From Takakia lepidozioides (lineage: Eukaryota; Plantae; Bryophyta): DNA of 64,000 bases. Positions 10,478-21,744 of the stretch are shown one piece after another (positions within the stretch are counted from its first letter, which is position 1; each line of letters opens with the position of its first letter). The notes under the pieces were generated by a model. It did no database searches, was not told the origin of the DNA, and saw only the letters and a program-made list of their open reading frames with translations. Where the stretch lies: NCBI GenBank assembly GCA_030704615.1, contig CM060733.1, positions 29,388,001 to 29,452,000 on the forward strand, written 5' to 3'. Position numbers and translations under genes: made by a program.

Positions 10478-12197
10478 ATGCATGCAAAGGAAAGGACAAA
10501 ACATGGAACAAGGTGCGACAGTTGTACCTTTGCAAGCTTGGCCGACTCGGCCCCGGTGTCACTCGATGTGGTAGGAGTCCCTGCTGCCTTCAGTCTGTGG
10601 GAGCAAGGCGAGCTCATCGACCCAAAAGGATTATTTCCACAGAAGGAACGAGCTCCTCTAAAGAAATTTGCGCTGGCTCGACTTGAGGGACTAAATGATG
10701 ATCAGATTACAAAGGTGGCCAAAATGGTTCTGGCAAACAAAGTTTTCATTTGCCACCCATACACTGGTCATGATCCGGATGTGAAAAGTTTCGAGGACTA
10801 TTGCAAGTACAAGAAGCATCGGAGGCATGTTATTGACGACATAATGACAGCATTTGGGTTTAAGGAGCCTACGAAGGACAACAGGAATCTGTATACACTC
10901 GCTGAGTGGAGGGATATCAAGGAGAAATACCACATCAACAAGGGGCAGTTCTATTCACTGAAAGAAGCCCTTGGAGAATCTCATCTCGATGCGAAACTCA
11001 AGGCTACAAGTGCCAAACAGAAGCTTCCAATATCTTTTCTGAATCTGATTCAGGCCTGTAAAAGGCTGCACGAGGAGGCCGCAATGAGAATGGATCTAAC
11101 AAACTATTACAGTGTTAGTGAGTGCAAAGACAATGGATCGGATATTGGGAAGCTCACAATGTTCTCAACCAAAGGCTTTGACGTTGTCTCTTTGGTGATG
11201 GTTAGTGCACTCAATGACCTTCCCGATAAGGTGGTACCCTGGACAGAAAACGAGTTCGCCGATTTCTTCAACGCTTTTGGTCCAGAAAGATCAGGACATG
11301 TTTTTTGTGTCATCACAGATCCTGTAAGTACACAGCATCTCACAGGCTATATTCTTTCAACGAAAGGGAAAAATATATGATGCCTCCCGAAGGGAGCGTA
11401 ACTTATGGTGTCACTTCACCACAAGGGCTACTGTCTTCTAGCTGAAAGGTGGACACTTTCATGACACACCAGACGGTGGTTTGAACCCACAACCACATCC
11501 AACGTGGTATGTGCCCATTATCACTGGTCTACATGCTGATTGTCAACGAAAGGGAAATTCCACATAGAGACAAGCTTTTATCTTCCATCGCCGGATGATT
11601 CATTCTTTAAGTCAAAGAATTTTGTGACAGCAGTAATACATTTCAATTATGTGTTCCCAATGGAGTCGATATATGTGAACGAACTTCAGACGTCAGCTAT
11701 TGACCAAGTTATCTACCTTTTTTGTAAAGATGGTTGTTCTGCTGTCAATGTGTTTTGTGGCGGAATGGCAACTTACTTGATATTGGTACGTTGGACCACG
11801 GTTGGCCTCCCGTCCTCCCCTCTTTTCAAAATTCCAATCTGTTATATAATATCTTGTTTGTTTTCAAGTTGAAAATTACCTTCGGGTTAAGCTCTAACCC
11901 TATCTTTCTTTAATCACTCAGGAGAATAGATGTAGGGTGTTGGAGATCACCCACAGTGGTCGCTCTTTTACAGCACATGGCTGCGCAATGAAGTCCTTCA
12001 ATACTCTCGAGCTGGCCATCGCCGAGGACACAGAGACTATTTCGGATATGGGCAAGGAGTCAGGGGAAAAGGCCAAGCCAAGACTCCATCCACCCGACGC
12101 GCACCTGTCGGGGATGAGGAATTTACCCCAGAGAGCGCTAGATGCCGGAGCCACAAGAAAAAGAGGATGGACAAAGCAAAATCTGAAAATGTTTTGA
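10478..12197 (+). pseudogene. TE-associated gene with a possible degenerate beta-class amino-methyltransferase fold, interrupted by a SINE
   Basis: Removing the SINE joins ORFs 10478-11380 and 11540-11872 in frame (STKGK|FHIETS). A GT-AG intron at 11786-11921 continues the frame into ENRCRVLEITH. Contains a DQVIYLFCKDGCSAVNVFCGG motif. Confidence 0.5.
11372..11542 (-). mobile_element. tRNA-derived SINE
   Basis: 15-bp TSD TCAACGAAAGGGAAA (11357-11371 and 11543-11557), A-box-like TAGACCAGTGATAA, B-box GGTTCAAACC, 3' hairpin and T-rich tail. Confidence 0.88.
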
Positions 12198-12796
12198 AAC
12201 TACGGAGGAGCCCGAGAAACAATAAATTAACGGGTTCAAACTTCCTGACGGATAAGGGTGAGGATGAGGATAACGAGGACAACGAATCCAGTGGTGGCAA
12301 TCCCACCCAGGAGAAAAGGTCAGAAGCATCCCCTCGAGATGGTGTATCCCATTAATTGTCTCCCCAGTTGACAATCAACCGCGCCATGGGTCCGGCCCAT
12401 TGGTGAACAGATAGGTTTTGTCCCCCGAGCCCATTAATTCCAAACCTCTTCGACCACCATTTACCTCTAGTCGGATGTTGTATGGCGAGGGGCCGTCCGG
12501 TAAAGGCAAGGGGGTTCTGGTGGAAATGGAGGAAGAAGCCGAGGTTGACAAGAATGGGATGTAGCTGCAATTTGAGCTACAGCATTGGTAAGAGGCACAA
12601 GATGTGTCCGGGGACAACCCAATCCATCCGTAGACGTTACATCACTTGGTGAGAGGCCAACTGACTTCTCAGCGCAGACTCCAAGCCGGACCATGGGAGT
12701 CCTCTCGTCCTTGCTGCTTTCTCTCCATCGCCCAAATATAGGGGGTGCAGGGTATGTGATGAGCGGGCCATCTTCTTTCCCTATAATGAGGTATAA

Positions 12797-15239
12797 GCAC
12801 GGGAGGCCTCCCATGCTCCCTGATTGTCGACTTATGCTCATGTTGTCTTATAGCTTATGCTCTATCAAACTTCCTTGAATGTGGATTTTCGAATGACTAA
12901 TATGTTTTACGTTCTGTTGTTTTGACATAAACTTTATTCTCGACAGAATCTAACAAGCCAACGCCATCAGATGGATCATCACTCCCTTCTTTCTTGCGAG
13001 GCATCAGTTGCCTTACAGCCGAAGAATCGCGTGAGGACCTCCTTTGCGGGTCAAAAAAAGTTAATCATTCTCAATGTTGTTGGTTTACTATGCTATAAAC
13101 CAAAAGTAGTGGGAGCCCAGAGGCTCAAGGTTCGAACGATTCCCTTGGGCAAGGATCCCATACAACTGGGACAATGTCATTGTTCGGCTTGGTCTTGTGA
13201 ACTTTTTTGAGCTCGCCCTAAAACATTTCTATGTGGGCATCTGGTCTTGCGGCGTCTAGCACATGGTCGAGGCCCTTCTGAAATTTCTTCTACCCAGTGA
13301 CATTGTTAAGAAATTGGTGTTTATCTGGTGTGGGGATACTTGCACTCAAACACCAGGCTATATCTCTCAACTAGTCCCTTCGTTCTTAAAGACATCATTG
13401 CTATCTGGGCATACTTTGTGAAGACCTCTAGGCACTACGGTAAGAAAGGCCAGACCATCCTGATTGACGACGAGCCTTCAAAGGCTCTAAGGAACCCAGT
13501 GAACACTGGCTTTTTCCCACAATCTTTTGATGGCACCTTGACGCCAGTCATCAAGGATGGTCGAAGCACCTTTGCAGAGGATCTTGTTGATATTCTGTGG
13601 CCATTCCTCTCTGGCATGATTTCCTCGCCGACTATGGAAGCGTACATGGAGGAGAAGTGTCCTAATGTCCAGAAGCCTATTGATAGTACTCACTCTGATT
13701 GGAACTGGCTAGGTAGATATGCAAATCCCCTAGGGATATCTGACCCTATGATTTACTTGGGTATGTATCCCCTCATCTAATCTCCCGATAATCTCTGTTT
13801 GTATATTCTATATCTTTCTAGTTTCCGTTTTCCCATCTGACTTGATTTTGTCGATATTTTGTGAACACTTTGGCTTCCTCATGTATTCAAAATTGCGACT
13901 TTACATTTTGTTTAACAGATGAAGGATACGACGGGAGGTCTCCCGTCCTCAGGTTTGACGTGATTTTTTTATTTTAGTATTTGTTTCGTGCAGTGAAGGG
14001 CTCCAAAGAATCGGAAACAAAAATCAAGGAGGAACAAGGGTGCAAGTCGATCCGGAGAGGCCCTGGAGCTGAAGTGGAGGTACAAGAGCCTTTCGTCAGC
14101 CGAAGACGGTGGATGCAGAAAAAGCGTTATGATGTACCCCGCAGAAATCCCAGGGATGCCAGAAATACCATAGATCCCCCGAGCGTGTCTTACTGTTCGG
14201 ATGATACTCCGCAGTCTGTTCGAAATTATCCTAGGTTACCAAGAACATAGATATTTTACCCTCATATCTGTAGTGACATTTCAATGATCTTCTCGGTGCA
14301 ATTTTTCACTTTCACTTTTTTATACTTCGACAATGAACACTGTTCACTTGTGTAATGTTTTGTTCACATATTGAATGGAACGATGGATCTAAAGCCACGT
14401 GCGTGTGTCTCGTTTAATATTTCTACATATTGAAAAATGTCTCGTATCTTGACACTCTTGAGGACGGGAGGTCTCCCGTGCTTCAATACACTCCGTAAAA
14501 TTTGTGCATGGGTTGTTATTATGTGTAGGTTTTGTTTTTCAGATACTGAGGCATAAGGCTGTCCGCTTTCTCTTCTCATAATAGTCACTCTTGAGGACGG
14601 GAGGTCTCCCGTGCCTCAATATACTGTGCAGGTTTCTTTTTGCCTAGATTCTATTTTATCGAAAGTGGTTTTTTTTTTGTTATATCCCTATGCATACGGC
14701 TGCTGTCCGCCTTTTTCCTCATTATATACTGTCACTGTTGAGGACGGGAGGTCTCTCTTGCCTCAATATACCGCGAAAGTTTGTTTGTGGTTGGATTCGG
14801 AGTATATTGAGGCACGGGAGACCTCCCGTCCTCAATATAGCTTTTGTGGTTGGATTTTATCTATGGACGGATTTTTTCTGTGGAATGTATTTTTTGTACT
14901 TAGAGGCATACCGCTGTCCGCAGAATATTTGTCACTCTTGAGGACGGGAGCTCTCCCGTGCCTCAACATTCTCCGATTTTTTTTTTGTTCGTGGAATTTA
15001 CTTAGGGAAAGTAGTTTTTAGTAGTATACTAAGTGAATGTAGTATATCCAAGTTTTCAGGTTTCAGTTCTCTATGTTTTTGCATTCCCTGTTGACATACA
15101 TGGTGGACATGTGACGACGGGAGATCTCCCTTCATCTATTAAATAATTTATATGTTATATTTAATTATATTTAATTTATTATTACATATATAATTGGTAT
15201 TTATGGACTTTTGAATGTCCAGATTTAGTTAAAACTTAG
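12797..15239. repeat. Dispersed ~20-bp palindromes (G[C/G]ACGGGAG-nn-CTCCCGTGC), subterminal region of an unclassified element
   Basis: Copies near 12797, 13930, 14463, 14595, 14742, 14812, 14943 and 15116, with more at 16611, 16804, 27273 and 27469. Confidence 0.75.
13040..13780 (+). pseudogene. FCP1/NIF (HAD-type CTD phosphatase-like) domain, decayed
   Basis: KKLIILNVVGLL, FYVGIWS and TILIDDEPSKALRNPVNTGFFP motifs across frames. Stops and frameshifts are present and the DxDxT motif is degenerate. Confidence 0.65.
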
Positions 15240-15240
15240 T

Positions 15241-15810
15241 TATTGGGCTGAAACCTCTCACATTCGTACTAAGGGACAAACTGGTTTCGTCGCAACAGAT
15301 CCACTCTTGACCACATTTTCACTCTTCAGGTTATGGTGGGATGTGCTAGCTTTGACAAAAAACTAGTTTATGTCTGCTTTGTTGACTTTCACAAGGATTT
15401 GATTTGGTTCCTCGTGACCTTGTTTTCCAACGGCTCCATAGGGTGGGAGTCCCTCGGGACAATCTTTATGCCATTTCCTCCATGTATGAGATCGTCACTG
15501 GTATGGTCAATGTCGCAGGGGAATTCTCAGCATAGATCCATTGCAACATTGGGATCAAACAGGGCTGCCCCTTCTCCTCACCCTATTCGGAATCTACATT
15601 GACGCCTTGGAGGTTTACATCTCAAAAAACCATGGTATCAAGGTGCCATTGGATGGAGGACCAACACAGTCAGATCTCCTCTACGCGGATGATGTTGCAT
15701 AATCTCCTATCTTCCTGCAATGTCATCTCCACATCCTAGAATAGTTCTCCAAAGACTATAGGCTGCAGGTCAATCTTACCAAAAGCAAGATCATGGTTTT
15801 CATTGTAGGC
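15241..15810 (+). mobile_element. LINE reverse transcriptase fragment
   Basis: KGQTGF, STLDHIFTL, VCFVDF, GIKQGCP and LLYADDVA across frames. Confidence 0.85.
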
Positions 15811-15849
15811 GTCTTTCTCTGAATTGAAATAAAGTGTGACGATCATTCT

Positions 15850-16465
15850 GAGCTCAAATCTGCCATATATTCATATTCCTCTTTTTGTGCAAACATTGCA
15901 GACATGGTGCATGGTGGCCCTTTGTTTTGTCCACGGTAATAGGCCCTCTTCCTGCAATCCTCGCCTATAGGGCCTGCTTCTCCAGCACATTTGTGCCGCT
16001 CACGCTTTGCAGCTACAACGTGAGCTCAGCTCCCAGGCTCACGGGGCTGGGCTCACACCGTAGCTACGCTGCAGGTGTATACACCGGTGAACTGGGGATG
16101 TATCTTGGGGAGGCCGGCGAATACCCAGGTGATCCGGGGACATAAGTGTGATCCAGGAACGTATGTAGGGGATCGTGGTGAGTACGAAGGGATCCTGGTG
16201 TGTATTCAAGTGATCCTTGCGCAGGATATCCCCAATAGTATTCTGGTGACTCCGGTGTGTACCCAGGAGAGAAAGGAGTGGATTCCACACAAGCCGGTGA
16301 CCCGGGTACATATCGTGGTGAGATCGATTTGTATGGCGACTCTGATGTGACGTATTCTAGAGATTCTTCTTACACTTCCGGGGTGCCTGGAGTGGTGCCG
16401 AGAGAAAAAGGAATTGTGGAGTTAACCACATCCCCGTTCTCATCGGAGGATCCTGGACTGAGCAT
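15850..16465 (-). pseudogene. Decayed ORF with RNA Pol II CTD-like heptads
   Basis: YKSISPR YVPGSPA ... YTPESPE ... YVPGSPG YSPASPR YIPSSPV YTPAA, with several in-frame TAG/TAA stops. Confidence 0.5.
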
Positions 16466-16860
16466 GAACAAAAAGTTTAACCGAGTCGATCACTATAATC
16501 CGGAAAATGTCTCACGTTCCAGCCACTTCCCCCATTTTAGAAATACGCCATTTTCACCCAGACTAGGATCGAGCAACTGAAGATTTTCCCAAACTTGTTC
16601 TTGGTGAAGAGCACGGGAGGCCTCTCGTGCTTCTTCACCTTTCTACTACCCTTCATCTGGAAAAATACAAACTCTCTTGATTTGGAAAGTATCCCCTGAT
16701 GCGAAACATAATCCCCGAACTCAAAAGATGCAAAATGTTTTAGATGATGAGCTAGCAGACATCCTCACATCTTTATATGTCCGACAAGTTTCGTCGGTGA
16801 ATAGCACGGGAGGCCTCCCATGCTTCTTCACTTTCTTGCCCTTTATACAAATAAATAAGT

Positions 16861-16899
<39 letters not shown>

Positions 16900-17372
16900 C
16901 AAATAGATATTATAATTCATGACATCTCTACCCTTCGATTGTTTTTACGCGATTGTAGAGGCATGAGAGCATTTTCCTACACGAATTGAAGATGCAGATT
17001 GTGACAAAAAATGAGCATGACGATTACGAAATTACCTTGAGCTTGAAGCCATTTGGACAGTCGCTCTGTGATTACGCCTCCTCAGCCCTCCAAGCCTCCT
17101 TACAATCGGCCCTCAGCCCTCTCTGCCCTCCTCTGCAATCAGCCCTGACCACTCAGCCTCCCTCACCACTCAGCCCTCGGTCTCCGCTCTCAGCTCTGGG
17201 GAATTTCAGCAGGGCTTCGCCGTGGAGTTCGGAATGAAGTGAGGCATAGCAAGAGAAATGGGGCCCATTCCATGCATGCATGGGCCCTTGGCCATGATAA
17301 TCAGATGTCACCACACCCCTACCCGTTAGCCACGCGGCTGCCATGCTGTCCATGCGCCGCAACTTTTAATAT

Positions 17373-18075
17373 CACTACAGGAAAAGGGGGCGGGGGGGGT
17401 TTTGACGCCGCAGCAATGGCGCGGCAGCGCCGCGACGTTGCTAAAAAGGCCATTTTGCAGCTGAGGCGGGGGGCCATTTTTGCGACGCCTTGGAGTCGCA
17501 CGCCAGTCGCCAGGGCGTCGCTGGAATATCGTCGCATATATGCGACGGATGGGGGTCGCACGCCCCTGTCCTCCTCCAGCGACGCCCGGACGTAGCTACT
17601 TGGCGATCCAGGGCGCTGGCAGGGGCCTCCTTCTAGCGCCGGCCGATTGTCGCTGCCATCCAGCCGACAGCGTTGGATGGGGCGACGCCCCGGCGTCGCG
17701 TCGTTGTTTTTTTTCCTATGCCCGGGTGTCGCATGCTAAAAACAACGCGACCCCCGGACGTCGGATACGTAAAAGAACCCCATCGCAAGGGAGGCGGTCT
17801 TTGCGACGCCCGGCCGTGGGTTTGAGTGACTCCTGGGAGTCGCATATTTATAAAAATGTTTTTTTAAGAGAAAATGCGGCGTACGGCGGGAGTGGGAACA
17901 ACTACGCTACGGCGTCGCTTCTAGCGGCCCCCGGAGGTCGCCAAAGAAAAAAACCAGTCGCAAGGGGGGGGGGGCGTTGCTACGCAATGGGTTGTGGCAA
18001 AGGCGGGGCGTCGCCTCTTGCGATCTCCTCCCATGGCAAGCCAGAAATTCCCGTCGCATGGGCGCTGTCGAGCGG
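17373..18075 (+). mobile_element. CACTA (En/Spm) element left terminus with subterminal repeats
   Basis: Starts CACTACAGGAAAA, followed by ~700 bp dense in GCGACG/CGTCGC motifs in both orientations. Similar motifs recur at 26550-26780. No convincing right TIR. Confidence 0.65.
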
Positions 18076-18689
18076 CTTTTACTCACCCATCCCTTCGCTA
18101 TCCGAGGTGGAAACTCCAAGATAGAAGAGTTGGATATCTCTAAGCACTCAGCCTGCTCAGAACAATCAGTCATGACCTACAGCTAGTGAATCATGGTTGT
18201 GCTTCCTATTTGTATTTCTTCTTGCCTTCATGTTAGCAAATTACCTTACTGTGTATACTGAACAATCAGATTGCTTCAGTAACTACCAGGTTCCATTCAC
18301 TCATCCATTCATTCCACAGCTTCACTCATGTCTCTCTACATAGTGTGATTGTATCGAATAAGTATCAGATTAAGATTTATCGGGTATCAGGCCAATGCCA
18401 TGGTGTCCCTAATCTGCCCTACTGTATGATTCTGCAGCTTGCATGAATTAAGCATCGATCAAGTCATCTTCCCATCTTCGCCGTTTCCCGCTCTCCGCTT
18501 CATCTCCTCTCCCTCTGACCAAGTCGCTCTACCAAGAAGTGATCCCCCTCCTGTTGCTGCTCTACCTAATCTACCTGCAAGCTATTCTAACCGCCTAACT
18601 AACTAACTGTCACCCCTGAAGTAACATGTTCCCTCTGCAGATGTCGTTCCCACACAGTCGTTCCCTGCCAATGATAACCGTTCCCTATG

Positions 18690-18870
18690 TACGCTGTGAC
18701 GGTTGTGACAAGTTGTGTCGGGCTGTGACTGTGTCGAGCTGTAACTGGCTGTGTAAAGCTGTGTCGGGCTGTGTCAAGCTGTGATTGGCTGTGATTAACT
18801 GCGACAATCTGTGTAAGTCTGTGTCGGGCTGTGTAAGACTATGACCAAGTGTGTAAGCCTGTCTACCGCC
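18690..18870 (-). repeat. Degenerate CACAGC-type minisatellite, probably a remnant of a copy-B-like leader
   Basis: GCTGTG/GGCTGTG repeats, the reverse complement of the array at 38900-39880. Confidence 0.55.
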
Positions 18871-19305
18871 CCTACAGCCTGTGCCTGACACCCCTAAGGC
18901 CTTTGTTGGTCTAAATCTACCATCCATAAGGTTGCGCAAAAATTAAGGGTACCCCACAGAGCCCATAAAAGTGTTTAAGTCCCAGACAACCCTCTAACAG
19001 CGCTGTTGAAAGCGACGCCCTACCGAGGCATGCCGCTTGGTGGGGGGGGGGGTTGATTTTGGGGGTGATTTTTTGGTGTGTTGGAAGACCTTATCGCTTC
19101 CATTGCTCTGATTTAACGGGTACGTAGCATAAGTTATTGCATAGGTTTGACCAAGCATGAATGAAGGGTAAGGCCGGTGCAACACATGAATAAGAGGGAA
19201 GATGGAAAGATGAAAATATATGTATAGATGGAAATATATTTTGAAGTAATGAGCTGAAATGCTTTGCTCACAAGGGTTCAGTAGGCTGACCCTGGGACCT
19301 ACACG

Positions 19306-21744
19306 GAGGTTTGTTATTTCATGAGCATGAGCGGCATGAGCGGAGTAGTAAGACAATCGGTTTTCATGAGCAGAAGTACAAATTTCGAAAATAATAAATA
19401 ATAAAAAACAATAATTTAATGCAATGTGTCAGGAAAAACAAATATATTATTCGGCCCCTTGAAGGGAAAATTGCAGTTTTGACAGTTGTGCTCATGATAT
19501 TTCGTCTTCCGCTCATGCCAATTCCCAGCGACATGTGCAAATATGGCGCCGAATTTCGCGGTAATAGGGTCCGTAACCTGAAAAAACAGAGACGTATTTC
19601 GCGGTAATAGGTCTCTCTGGCGAAAATGGTGCCGAATTCCGCGGCTATAGGTCCCCTCATGACAGGTAATTCGGCGCCATTTTTCAAATGCATGTTCGGA
19701 CTTAGCCAATTTTCGGCGCAAAATAGGGAAATTCGGCGCCATTTTTCCAGACACTGTACCAGTGCATGTTGGGACTTAGCCAGTTTTCGGCCCAAAAAAG
19801 AGAAATTCGGCGCCATTTTTCCAAACACGGTACCAGTGCATGTTGGGACTTAGCCAGTTTTCGGCCCAAAAAAGAGAAATTCGGCGCCATTTTCCCAGAC
19901 ACAGGTACCAGTGCATGTTGGGACTTAGCCAGTTTTCGGCCCCAAAAAGAGAAATTCGGCGCCATTTTTCCAGAAATGACCCCAAACTGCTTCTGTTGGA
20001 TCTCAGTTTGAATGGAATATTGCCTCATTCCAGGAGTTTTGGGGTGCATTTCATTACACTGCAAAAAAAAGTCTGATACAGCAAAATGCAATTGAAAATA
20101 TCCATATGGAGGATTCCCTTTGCCCCATCAATGATTTCTGGAATCCCTAAGGAGGAGTTTGTGCAGCTCGTTCACGCTCAACGCCGGTGCATGAATAAAG
20201 TCATCAATAGTCACGTTCATCCTCAACCTCTTCAGGTAAATGTAATACAGATGATTGCACGGATAATACTTCGAACCCTTCTTTGCTTCCATCAACGAGA
20301 AGTCCGTACAATTGCAAGTCGGCTCCACTCCAATCGTAATTGTGTATACATCGTCGCGTACAGCCGAGCCGGCCGTTGCCATCCGATACACACGCCCAAG
20401 GCCGGGTGGGGGTACGTCCACGGAGCTCTGAATAGTGCAAGCCATCCCAAGAGCATTGGCAATCCGAGTCTCATTCAACTTGTTGGGAGGGTGTCGTCTC
20501 TTCACTCTTCCGAATCGCATTGTGGGATGTGCAGAATTGTCCAATCCGTCTCTACTAGACCGAGCAGTCTGCAATGGCTGGGTCTGAGGAACCGGAAATG
20601 CGTGGGTTGGGATGTCTGTGCGTTGCACCATTCGAAATCCTGATGCAGATAGAGCATCCGCCTCATTCTGAGAGAGGCTGCAACCCGGTGCAACAGGCCA
20701 GACGTCCGGAGGCTCCGGCATTCCCTGAATCCCGTACTTGGGCTTGCCAAATACACAGGTCATTATGTCGTGCCTACAGAACCAAAATGTCTACGTTGTG
20801 GCGTGAGCAAATGTGGGAGTCAAAAATCTGCCGCTGAAACAAGGTGCAGGTACAGCACCGTGTGGGTTCCTCCGAATCATCTCACCACAGCGTGCTCTCG
20901 TATCCACCCGGATGGCGCAGCACTTCCCTCGAAATGCCGGCAATGTCCTCGCAATTCTCCACTGTGACTCCGACACTCTTGTCTCCACAATGGGAATGTT
21001 GTACTGCTTTACTACAGATGGCTCGTTATGTTGCCGGGGCACGCGCCCTGTGCTCAAAGGAGATGACGATCTTGAACGTGCAGGACTTGCGGTGCTCGAC
21101 GAGACCTCCTCGGGCAACATCACCGGACCACGAGGGAGCGTGCGAATATTCTTGTCAACTCGCCATGAATCCTCTTCTCCACCAGGTGCCTCGTCAAGTC
21201 TTCGTCTCACTGGACGGGTATGAACATCTCCTTCCAAATGTTGGCCTCTTCGCAGCAATGGCGTGTCCCGAAGGCCCTCTCGCAAGGCCGCCGCCCACTT
21301 CCGAGGATTCTTCGATCTAGAGGCAGTCCGCATCAGCATTTCCTGCCTGTCCGGCCCCAAGCCCCACTGTTTCCCTTTCAAGAACTCGTTGTACCTGCAT
21401 TGCTGCATAATTGACCTCACAATGTCCTCCGTTGTGGCAGTGAGGATGTCCACCAGATGCGCCGCAGAGGAGGCACGCCAGGAAGAGTGCACTGATTCGG
21501 CCATGTTTGTCGTGGGCATGTCGGTGTCGGAGTCGAGACACATTTCCTGCACAAGCACATGTTGAGGTTACAAGCAAGTTACAAATATGGCCAAGAATAA
21601 TATTCAACGGGACGCGAATTCGTGCAACTCACCTCCCGCATATAGTCGCCGAACTGGAGGAAACGATAATGCCACCATGCTAGCCAACTGACCATTGCTC
21701 CCTCGTCTGATTTCCTTACAGCACCTGACGATGTCCACCAAGCC
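19306..21744 (-). mobile_element. Mutator-like (MULE) element copy 1: terminus and 3' part of transposase with SWIM finger
   Basis: TTNMAESVHSSW (catalytic E region), WLAWWHYR exon, SWIM CNCTDF...PCNHLYY. Terminus GAGGTTTG is followed by 74-75-bp tandem repeats. Confidence 0.75.
19660..19975. repeat. 74-75-bp subterminal tandem repeat (about 4 units; duplicated at ~22110-22425)
   Basis: Unit GGTACCAGTGCATGTTGGGACTTAGCCAGTTTTCGGCCCAAAAAAGAGAAATTCGGCGCCATTTTTCCAGACAC. Confidence 0.9.
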
